Positions 19,687-27,512 of a DNA stretch of 64,000 bases are shown here, piece by piece. Location: the IMG/VR virus record IMGVR_UViG_3300025728_000001, positions 21,817-85,816 of that record; one strand, written 5' to 3'. The notes beneath the pieces were generated by a model. It made no database searches, was not told the origin of the DNA, and saw nothing but the letters and a program-made list of their open reading frames with translations. The translations under genes were made by a program, and so were the position numbers. The number at the start of each line of letters is the position of its first letter. The first letter of the stretch is position 1. The stretch is from a virus.

Positions 19687-20048
19687 GAAACCACAATCAA
19701 GAATTGTTGACCTTTGCTGCCAAGGCTATCGGCCAAGGCCCGAGCGGCACCTATTACGCGGATGGTGGGTGGTCGCCTAGCGTCGAGCGCAGTTTCAAGC
19801 CCTCCAGTGGTATCGGTAGCGTCTCTGTAGAGGCCGGCTGGGATCCGACGAGCGACGACGGCGCCTGTGCTCGCTTGGAGGCTGCTCTGTTGCTGTCCGT
19901 CATATGGGGTGAAAGCGAGGTGAGTATCCAGTACCAGGGGCAGACCTTGAGCGCGGCGGCTTATGAAGCGTACAGGGGTGATCGAAACATGGCCCGACGT
20001 TATGCCTCTGTTAACGCTGCCGCGATGATTGGGAGAGCCATGCAATGA
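19683..20048 (+). CDS. Phage ABA-sandwich-like protein
   Basis: LLTFAAKAIG...WDPTSDDG...ARRYASVNAAAMIG. Confidence 0.55.
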   Translation: MRNHNQELLTFAAKAIGQGPSGTYYADGGWSPSVERSFKPSSGIGSVSVEAGWDPTSDDGACARLEAALLLSVIWGESEVSIQYQGQTLSAAAYEAYRGDRNMARRYASVNAAAMIGRAMQ

Positions 20049-20401
20049 AAGTGTTCGAAATTGAACTGACCGTGACGGCCGTAGTGGCGGCTGAGAGTGA
20101 ATTCTCAGCTGAGCAGTGGGCGGATCTGAATATGGTCGAGATTTGTAACGGTTCTACAGTGCTGGCCACCAGCTCCCGCGAAATCACGACGCGTGCCGAG
20201 CTGGATACGGTGGAGAACGGCCAGTGGAACGACGCCCAGCCGTATGGTCTGCCGTCGGGTGATAAGCGCCAGATCGTCGACCTGCTGCCGTTCGATCCTG
20301 ACGCACCGTATCGCTGTGAGCAGACGGTGGACATGTTTTCGCCTAATCCAGTCACCGCCGGCATAGATCGGGATACGACGGGGGCGATTGGTCAGCCATG
20401 A
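20045..20401 (+). CDS. Hypothetical protein
   Basis: ATGA-coupled; RCEQTVDMF tail. Confidence 0.5.
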   Translation: MKVFEIELTVTAVVAAESEFSAEQWADLNMVEICNGSTVLATSSREITTRAELDTVENGQWNDAQPYGLPSGDKRQIVDLLPFDPDAPYRCEQTVDMFSPNPVTAGIDRDTTGAIGQP

Positions 20402-20769
20402 GACTCAAGAAGGCCGAGCGGGCGTTGCTGCGCGAGAAGTTCGGCGGGCATTGCGCCTACTGCGGGATCGAGCTGGAAGGCAACAAGTGGCATGAGGACC
20501 ATGTAGACCCGATCATTCGCCAGGTGGAAAAGCCGACCGAACGCCCGGAGAACCATCACATGGACAACATGATGCCGGCATGCGCGCCCTGCAATCTCAG
20601 CAAGGGACGCCAAGAGCTGGAAGGCTGGCGTTTGTGGCTGGCGGGGCATGTGAACAGCCTTAACGAGTACCACGGTATCTACCGCATGGCGAAGGCTTAC
20701 GGCCTGGTAGTCGAGACGGCGGCGCCGGTGGTGTTCTATTTCGAGCGCGTCGGCCTGGCCGCTCATTAA
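20398..20769 (+). CDS. HNH endonuclease
   Basis: CAYCG...DHVDP...N.MPACAPCNLSK. Confidence 0.9.
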   Translation: MRLKKAERALLREKFGGHCAYCGIELEGNKWHEDHVDPIIRQVEKPTERPENHHMDNMMPACAPCNLSKGRQELEGWRLWLAGHVNSLNEYHGIYRMAKAYGLVVETAAPVVFYFERVGLAAH

Positions 20770-20785
20770 AACCAAAGGAGTAGGT

Positions 20786-21151
20786 ATGGACCTGTTCAAA
20801 AATGCTTGCTGGCTGCATCTGAGCTTCGCCATCAACCGCTATTTGATGGCCAACGCTGACGGCCGCCAGGATGGTCACGAGAAGGCTCAGCGACATTTGG
20901 AGCTGTGCTACTTCTACCTTGCAGCGTTTAAAGGCGTTGATATTGATCAGGCGCGGATCGACTTCATAGACGAATACCTGGCGCTGCATGAACACACCCA
21001 AGCGCTTACCGACTACCTGGATGAGCAGATAGGGTTCCCGCTCAAGGGGCGGCCAGACTACGACAAGCTTGCGCCGATGTTCTTCGAAAAATTCCACGCG
21101 CTGGCTATGGAATCCCTCGCTGCTCTAGTGCCAGCCACCACGAACGCGTAA
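20786..21151 (+). CDS. Hypothetical protein
   Basis: Strong RBS AAGGAG. Confidence 0.6.
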   Translation: MDLFKNACWLHLSFAINRYLMANADGRQDGHEKAQRHLELCYFYLAAFKGVDIDQARIDFIDEYLALHEHTQALTDYLDEQIGFPLKGRPDYDKLAPMFFEKFHALAMESLAALVPATTNA

Positions 21152-21211
21152 CCGATCGATTCATGCAAAGGGCGCCCAAGCTGGCGCCCTTTTTGTTGGG
21201 AAAATGCGGCC

Positions 21212-21742
21212 ATGACTAGATGGATAAGCGACGATCACTTGAAGAGCCTCCCGGCCGCCATGACGCGGCGTGCGCTGGGTGGTGTTGCCTCGACACCTGC
21301 GGCCAGGAAGCCGGCGAGCCGGGCCACGGCCAAGACTGTGCAGATTCCTGAGCCGGTGGTGGCTACCGTTCCCGCTCCCACGGCAAAGCAGCGTATGCAG
21401 GCCAAGGGGCGCTTGCCGAAAGGGGTGATGAACGCCACCGAAACCCGGTACGCGGCGCACCTGGACGAGTTGAAGCTGGTCGGGGAGGTTGTGTGGTGGC
21501 GTTTCGAGCCGGTGAAGCTGTTACTGGCGCCGCTCACTACCCTGACGCCTGATTTCATGGTGCAGCTCGCTGACGGCGCGCTAGAAATGCACGACGTGAA
21601 GGGGGCGAAGGCCATCTACGAGGATGACGCCAAGGTCAAGATGAAGGTGGCCGCCAAGGAATACCCCTTTGTGTTCCGTGTGGTGTTCCCCAAGGCCAAG
21701 AAGGACGGCGGCGGGTGGTTGATTGAGCAGGTTGGTGAATGA
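21212..21742 (+). CDS. DUF1064-like PD-(D/E)XK nuclease
   Basis: TETRYA...WRFEP...TPDF...HDVKG. Confidence 0.75.
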   Translation: MTRWISDDHLKSLPAAMTRRALGGVASTPAARKPASRATAKTVQIPEPVVATVPAPTAKQRMQAKGRLPKGVMNATETRYAAHLDELKLVGEVVWWRFEPVKLLLAPLTTLTPDFMVQLADGALEMHDVKGAKAIYEDDAKVKMKVAAKEYPFVFRVVFPKAKKDGGGWLIEQVGE

Positions 21743-22017
21743 GCGGGCCACAGCCTCCCGAGGTGCTGGCCGCCCACGAACGATACGTTAGCCATATCAT
21801 GTTTTGCGTTGTTTGTTTTGCCCCAAAAAAGCGCCATTGTCCTACAGGATTGGCATTGCGGGTGGAGTACGACGCCCGTTTTTTAATGACCATTTCCGAC
21901 CTTCGCTGGCGCCGAATCCTGTTGCAGCGCGAGGTCGAGCAAAACCCGGCAAATGCTGACGGGCTCAAGGACCGCGTTATAGAGCTGTACAACGAAGAAC
22001 AGGGCGAGGCGCAATAG
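21739..22017 (+). CDS. Hypothetical Cys/His protein
   Basis: HIMFCVVC...C. Confidence 0.5.
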   Translation: MSGPQPPEVLAAHERYVSHIMFCVVCFAPKKRHCPTGLALRVEYDARFLMTISDLRWRRILLQREVEQNPANADGLKDRVIELYNEEQGEAQ

Positions 22018-22129
22018 GTTGTCAGTTTTCCCGCGTCAATAGCTAAGCTCTTGCGCCTTTTTGGCTTGCTAAATGTATAGGGATACTTTCTAATCGCCGA
22101 CGTTGAGACGTGCCGGGGAGGGTGCCTAG

Positions 22130-22888
22130 ATGGATGGGAACAAAACAATCGCAGCGGCTACTACAGAGCAGGAAGGCGCCGCGCCTGGCGATACCCAGCC
22201 GTCGGTGCTCTCGCTGTTTTGTGAGTCGGAGGATTTGGGGGTTGGTGCTGGCAAGAGCGAGCGTCGGCGGGCCGAAGAGGCCAAGCTGATGGCCGTTATG
22301 GGTGCCAAGCTGCGCCGGGCGCGCAAGGCTGCCGGACTGAGCGCGAATGACGCGGGGCTGGCACTGGCACAAGAAGGGATGACCATGATCAGCCTGTACG
22401 AGAATGGCCATCGTCTGCCCAGCCTTACTAACATTCGTTTAATGGCACAATTGTACGGCGTGACCACCGATTACCTGTTGGACATGCACGACGACGTTGT
22501 GGCCCGGCCAGAAGACGGCAATCAGGCTGTTCTAAAGGGAATTATCAGTACCTCCCTAATGGGCCAGTTTGGCCAGTTCGTAGATGTCATGTCCCGCCGC
22601 AACTCCGTAATGATCGAGGCCCTGAGCTTGGATCGCGCCCTGTTGTCCAGCCTGGCCGTCGTCGCCACTGATCTGGTCAGCGCTTTAAACGTCGTCAAAA
22701 CCCACGCCCCCGAGTTCGAAGAGATTCGCGGAGGTGCAAAGCTCGTCCGTTTGGTCGGTGAGCTGCATGTGAGTATGTCCGAACAGATACGCCGCCGAGC
22801 GCGCGAGGAAGCCATGGCCGATTACGAGCCCTTCTATCCCGCGCCGGACCAGATTGCAGAGAAGGTGCAGCAGTTCTTTTTGTTTTAG
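22130..22888 (+). CDS. XRE-family HTH transcriptional regulator
   Basis: LRRARKAAGLS...ISLYENG...YGVTTDYLL. Confidence 0.85.
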   Translation: MDGNKTIAAATTEQEGAAPGDTQPSVLSLFCESEDLGVGAGKSERRRAEEAKLMAVMGAKLRRARKAAGLSANDAGLALAQEGMTMISLYENGHRLPSLTNIRLMAQLYGVTTDYLLDMHDDVVARPEDGNQAVLKGIISTSLMGQFGQFVDVMSRRNSVMIEALSLDRALLSSLAVVATDLVSALNVVKTHAPEFEEIRGGAKLVRLVGELHVSMSEQIRRRAREEAMADYEPFYPAPDQIAEKVQQFFLF

Positions 22889-22894
22889 AAGGTG

Positions 22895-23435
22895 GATACA
22901 CGGGCTGGAGAGGTGGACGCGTATAGCCCTGCGTGGCGTCCACTGGCTTGACCAGCTGGTTAACGGGGGCAGTGGTACCCCCGCAAGCTTGAACTCGATC
23001 AGGCTTGCGGGTTTCTAAAGGAGTACGCATACCGGAGCGCTTTGTGAAGAGCACTGCGGTATGCAGTAGGCCGAAAGGTGAGCAAGCATGGCCGGGGCTT
23101 CCTACCGGTTGTAGAGGCGCCAGTAACGCGGGTTGACCATGCGCCTAAGCGCGTTACCTGCTGCATTTCGAATTTGCGCTCTGCGCGGATAGCTTGGCCT
23201 CCTTAAGGGGCATGTGATGCGGTCGCTCGTCGTTGGTGGTCAGGTGTGCGGTTTGCACTCGGCATATAGCGTCCTTAGACAGTGCGCTGAAACACCGCGG
23301 CATGGATAACCGACAGGGAGAAAGGTATTACCACCTTTGCGGCGCCGATCAGTAGCGTTCCCGTTGGCTGATAGTGGTGGGGGTCTACCAGGACCAACGC
23401 CCAAAAGAATGGCCCGCTCTGCGGGCTATTTTTTT
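22895..23435 (+). ncRNA. Candidate large structured ncRNA (~540 nt, multiple stems, two pseudoknots)
   Basis: More than 10 stems with G-U pairs, a GNRA loop, a long-range helix and a terminal intrinsic terminator; no credible ORF. Confidence 0.6.
23410..23435 (+). terminator. Rho-independent terminator
   Basis: GGCCCGC-TCT-GCGGGCT followed by ATTTTTTT. Confidence 0.75.
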
Positions 23436-23506
23436 AAGGTGAAGCGCAAGAAGTTGGCCGCGTTACCACGGCTGACAGCGAACATATTACGCATTAGGGA
23501 TAACAG

Positions 23507-24580
23507 ATGCCGCGCAAGCCAGAGAGTGATAAACCTGCGATGTCGAGGGATGATTTATCCCCGTCCAAGGCTCCGGCGCGTGATCGAAAACCTGCAAAAC
23601 CGCGCGCGGCTAATGCCAACACGGTGCAAAGCAGCAAAAAGCCGGCCACCACGGAAACTAAAAAGCCCGTGAAAGCTGCTGCTAAACCTGCCGCTAAACG
23701 CAAGCCTCGCAGTGCGGCCACGATTGGAAGGACTGCGATCAAGAACCCGGTAAAGCTCCCCCCTAAGGCCCAGCAAGCCATTGATATCTCTGCGTTTCAA
23801 GGGCTCGACGCCCGACAGGCGAAGTTCGTGGATCTGTGGCTGGTCACCTACAACGGGGCTCAGTCCTACCGGGACGCGGGTTACAAGTGCAAGAACGACA
23901 ACGTTGCGCGGGTGGGTGCCCACAAACTGCTAACTAAGGTTAAAAACCACCCGTATACGCTCGCTCGACAGGTTGAACTGTTCTCACGCACCGCCGATGT
24001 GCAAAACCAGATCGTCGCCACCTTCCACGCCGCCTCCTTTGCCGATCCGCGGGAACTGGTCGAGTACGTGCGCCGGTGCTGCCGCTATTGCTATGGCATC
24101 GATCACAAGTTTCAGCTGCGCCCCAGTGAAATGGAGCGCCGCCGCCAGCAGTACGAGGCGGACAAAACCGCCCTCAAGGCCGAGGGCAAGGAAATTGGCG
24201 AGTTCGACGAGCTGGGTGGTGTGGGCTACGACGGCAAGAAGTCGCCCAACTACGATTGCCCCGAGTGCGACGGCGAAGGCGAAGGCCGCGCACTGTTCAA
24301 AGACAGCTCCACCCTGTCCCCTGCTGCCCTGACGCTGTACGAGGGCGTGAAAGAGGGCAAGGACGGTACCGAAATGAAGGTGGCCAGCCAGAAAGGCTAT
24401 CGCGACTCCCTGGCGAAGCTGTTCAACATGAACGTAGAGCCGGCGGTAACAGTGACGCTGGGTATCAGTGAAGAGAAGTTAGAGGAAATCCTGGCGATAG
24501 CTGAGGCGAACACTCAGAAGAATCGCGAGGCCATGTCAGCCCGCGCCGAAGAGCTGGCCAAGATAGGGATTGTGTCGTGA
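23507..24580 (+). CDS. Terminase small subunit (basic N-terminal tail, Zn-finger insert)
   Basis: LDARQAKFVDLWLVTYNGAQSYRDAGY Terminase_2 HTH; CCRYC...CPEC. Confidence 0.85.
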   Translation: MPRKPESDKPAMSRDDLSPSKAPARDRKPAKPRAANANTVQSSKKPATTETKKPVKAAAKPAAKRKPRSAATIGRTAIKNPVKLPPKAQQAIDISAFQGLDARQAKFVDLWLVTYNGAQSYRDAGYKCKNDNVARVGAHKLLTKVKNHPYTLARQVELFSRTADVQNQIVATFHAASFADPRELVEYVRRCCRYCYGIDHKFQLRPSEMERRRQQYEADKTALKAEGKEIGEFDELGGVGYDGKKSPNYDCPECDGEGEGRALFKDSSTLSPAALTLYEGVKEGKDGTEMKVASQKGYRDSLAKLFNMNVEPAVTVTLGISEEKLEEILAIAEANTQKNREAMSARAEELAKIGIVS

Positions 24581-24858
24581 AGCATCCAGGCCCGACTGCG
24601 GCCGATGTTAAGCATTCACGCGTTACCACGGGCCTAAGCCAGCGAGCGAGCGCCGCCCTGATCCACGTCAGCCGGAGAGCCTGGCAGACGTATGAAGACG
24701 GGACGGTTGTGATGAAGCTTGGCCTGTGGGAGCTGTACCAGTTCAAGACCGGACAAATATGGGTCTGTCCGCTGCCAGTGAAGGGCGCGAAGCGGGCGAC
24801 ATTACGCCAGGGTAGGCAAGAAAACTTAACGCCATTCAAGGCTAAGTCACAGGAGTAG
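24577..24858 (+). CDS. Small XRE HTH protein
   Basis: GLSQRASAALIHVSRRAWQTYEDG. Confidence 0.7.
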   Translation: MKHPGPTAADVKHSRVTTGLSQRASAALIHVSRRAWQTYEDGTVVMKLGLWELYQFKTGQIWVCPLPVKGAKRATLRQGRQENLTPFKAKSQE

Positions 24859-24864
24859 GTACAC

Positions 24865-25521
24865 ATGCCGCACGTAGAGAAATCAGTTGCTGTTGAGCGT
24901 CGTTCGCCTGTTGCCGCACCAGGTGCAAGCATCGTGAACGATATCGGCCTGTTGAATGCCGAGCAGATCCCGGCCTTCCGGGTGTTCCTGGAAGAAAGCG
25001 GCCTGCTAGTCCGTGATTCGGGCGCTGGGCAGTTCTTTCACGTCCGCCTGCCTGAGTTGCCGCGCTGGCTGCCAATCGAGCGTGGTCGTGCCGGTGCGCC
25101 GGTAACGCCGGACGTGTTGCGCCCCTTCGTGGCCAGCTTCCTCAAGAAGCCATTGGATAGCGTGATGGGCGAGGTTCGTGCAGCCCGCCAAGCTGCTGAG
25201 CGTGCCGTGGCCCGTGCAGCGCTTGATTTACCGCTGAATGTCTTTTCTGCCTCGCCTGCCTTATTGGAGCCGATCCGCCCCGTAGAGCCAGAACAATCGG
25301 TTGTCACGTCATCACAGGGTGTGGCTTTCATGCCTGCGCTCGCCAAGCAGGCCGCACCATTGTCGAGTTACCTCAGCGACCTGCGCGACGACTTCGCCTT
25401 GCATGCGCCCATCCCTTTGTGCTCACTCCACACCGAGGACGACCTCATGAACCATGCTATTCGCCGCTGGGAGTACGCGGACGTGATGCTTTCAACACGA
25501 TCCGTAAAGGCCGGGGATTAA
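24865..25521 (+). CDS. Hypothetical protein
   Basis: AGGAG RBS; LRDDFA...ADVML C-terminal motif common in phage proteins. Confidence 0.55.
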   Translation: MPHVEKSVAVERRSPVAAPGASIVNDIGLLNAEQIPAFRVFLEESGLLVRDSGAGQFFHVRLPELPRWLPIERGRAGAPVTPDVLRPFVASFLKKPLDSVMGEVRAARQAAERAVARAALDLPLNVFSASPALLEPIRPVEPEQSVVTSSQGVAFMPALAKQAAPLSSYLSDLRDDFALHAPIPLCSLHTEDDLMNHAIRRWEYADVMLSTRSVKAGD

Positions 25522-25717
25522 CCGGGAGAGTACAAACCAATGGTTTGCCGTTACTGCGACGGGGCCAGGGTCGTGTGGCGCACAGGTGCGCACGGCCCAT
25601 TCACCCTTTGCCAGGACTGCAAACGTCGGAACTGTGAGCGGGGCACCAGAGCCCTGCCTCACGGGCACCACGAATGCGTCCGCGCCCAACTTCAACTGAA
25701 AATGCTGTGAGCCCCCT

Positions 25718-26176
25718 ATGAGCCAGTCACAGAAAGCCCTGTTAGCCGCCACTGAATTGAATCGCGCCACCCGCCTGGTGCGGTTGCAGCACGCCAACGC
25801 GGTGTTGATCGAGATATCGAAGGTCGGGAACCACACATGGGCGAACGAAGCGGGGGACGTGTGCCGCTTGCGCCTCACCATCGACGGCCGCGTGCATTTC
25901 CGCGACCACAACCCGGAAACGCCAACCATCGACCTGCACAGCACCGCCAAGGGCACCCACGGCTTCTGGCTGGGGTTTCCCTACAAGGGCTCCGAAGCGC
26001 TGGTGCTGCGCGGCCTGCGCGACTACGTGGCGAAGGGGACCAAGATCCACCGCACGTTGCTGGTGCCGCTGGTGAATGGGCGCCTGGCCCGTGGGTATAC
26101 CGCCGACGACGTGGCGCTGATCGAGGACCGGTTGAAGTTCGTGCCGATCTTTGTTGAGCCGGGGGCGCGGCCATGA
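25718..26176 (+). CDS. Hypothetical protein, diverged paralog of 3684..4352
   Basis: Aligned blocks ANAVLIEISKVG / WLGF...LRDYVAKG. Confidence 0.6.
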   Translation: MSQSQKALLAATELNRATRLVRLQHANAVLIEISKVGNHTWANEAGDVCRLRLTIDGRVHFRDHNPETPTIDLHSTAKGTHGFWLGFPYKGSEALVLRGLRDYVAKGTKIHRTLLVPLVNGRLARGYTADDVALIEDRLKFVPIFVEPGARP

Positions 26177-26760
26177 TTTTTCTGAATCGCGCTGATTTTG
26201 AGTATGCCGCCAAGGAAGCCGGGATAACCGACCTTGAGCACGCCGGGGAGCATTACGCCAACCCCCACACGCAAGCGGCCTTCTTGGTCTGGATGAGCGT
26301 GGCATTCCCGCGCACCAGCACCGGGGTCAGTCCGCTGGCGTGGGTGAATCGTCGTAACGGCAAGGCGGTGGGGCTGAGCATGACGCGCCCGAGCGGGCCA
26401 GAGTCGGCCGGCTGGGCCAAGCGCCGCGCCCAAGGCTGGGAGCCGTCTATGCCGATGTTCGCCAACGTGCCAGGGGTGAGCCCCGAGGTGATGGCGGTCG
26501 TGCTTGAGCACCAGCGCCAGCGCCAGGAAGAGGGCTATTCGATACAGAGCGACCTGGCGCAATACCGCGGTGGCGAGCTGGCGCGGTCGGCGGCGTGCTA
26601 CGCGATGCAGGCCGGTGGCATGTATCCCCTACGGTGGGCCAACTTCTGGCCGTTTAACTCGAAAATGAAGTCGTGCCCGCCCACTGAATCGCTGATCAAG
26701 GCGGGCGCACTGATCTTTTCCGAACTGGAGCGCATCAAGGCACAAGAGGCGGCCCGATGA
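26173..26760 (+). CDS. Hypothetical phage protein
   Basis: EHQRQ..EEGY...GELARSAACYA...LIKAGALI common phage domain. Confidence 0.6.
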   Translation: MIFLNRADFEYAAKEAGITDLEHAGEHYANPHTQAAFLVWMSVAFPRTSTGVSPLAWVNRRNGKAVGLSMTRPSGPESAGWAKRRAQGWEPSMPMFANVPGVSPEVMAVVLEHQRQRQEEGYSIQSDLAQYRGGELARSAACYAMQAGGMYPLRWANFWPFNSKMKSCPPTESLIKAGALIFSELERIKAQEAAR

Positions 26761-27446
26761 GTTTGCCACCGCTCTACGAGGATGCCCGGTGGCCCGCGTT
26801 CATCGCTCGTTACGCCAACGACCTCTGCGCGTTTGCCGCTGATGTCCTCGGCATGGAGGTAACGCCAGCGCTCGCCCACGCCTACTGCCTCGCCTCGCTC
26901 CCTGGCTGTCGTGTGTCCATCGCTACCGACATCGATTTGAATGGTGTCGACGCCATTAGCCCGATGGCGCCTATCGCGATCTGGCGCCTGCTGTGTCGCC
27001 CTGAGTCCAGAACCTTAGTGACCATTCCTTTTGGTGGTGGGCGTGCCCGCAAACAGCAATACGTGCGGTTGCTGACGTGGATGGTCGAGGGCGCCCATAG
27101 CTGGTTGCGCGCCTATATCAGTGTTGACGCTACTCAAATCTATCTGCGGCGCGGGTATACGGGCTCGAAAATCCTGTTCCTCTGTGCCGACCAGAGAAGC
27201 CCCGAGAGTCTGGCCGGGTTCTACGGGGGTCACATTTGCTGGCTGATGGAGGCCGCCGAGGACATTCCTGATGCGTGTTTCAGCGTGGCGCTCGCGGCGA
27301 TGACCGATCCGGGCGCCTGCATGCTGCTCACCAACAAACCTTGGCGGGAATCGGGGTTTGCCGCCGACACACGCGGAAAGCTGAGCAAGGACCAGGGCGG
27401 ACAGTGGGACGTCTGCGCCTTGGCTGGCGCGCAAACCACGCAATAA
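26757..27446 (+). CDS. Inactive paralog of the TerL ATPase domain
   Basis: Colinear with TerL N-terminus (RWPAFIARYA, GCRVS, PESLAG, SGF, QGGQW), but Walker A and B are lost and there is no nuclease domain. Confidence 0.8.
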   Translation: MSLPPLYEDARWPAFIARYANDLCAFAADVLGMEVTPALAHAYCLASLPGCRVSIATDIDLNGVDAISPMAPIAIWRLLCRPESRTLVTIPFGGGRARKQQYVRLLTWMVEGAHSWLRAYISVDATQIYLRRGYTGSKILFLCADQRSPESLAGFYGGHICWLMEAAEDIPDACFSVALAAMTDPGACMLLTNKPWRESGFAADTRGKLSKDQGGQWDVCALAGAQTTQ

Positions 27447-27512
27447 GTGCCATCAAATCAAGCAGTAAGGTGTAAGGGCCGGTAATACGGCCCTTTTGCG
27501 TTAAGGAATGGC

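Noticed and set aside
22895-23435. tRNA cluster or tmRNA
   Set aside because: No T-loop GTTC(G/A)A with acceptor stem and no tRNA-like CCA end was seen; kept as an unassigned ncRNA instead.
23337-23672. 111-aa ORF, and minus-strand ORF 22695..23054
   Set aside because: No RBS, they cross a terminator or overlap real genes, and the composition is not protein-like.
26757-27446. Pseudogene of TerL
   Set aside because: The frame is intact despite high divergence and is translationally coupled; treated as a probable functional gene pending dN/dS.
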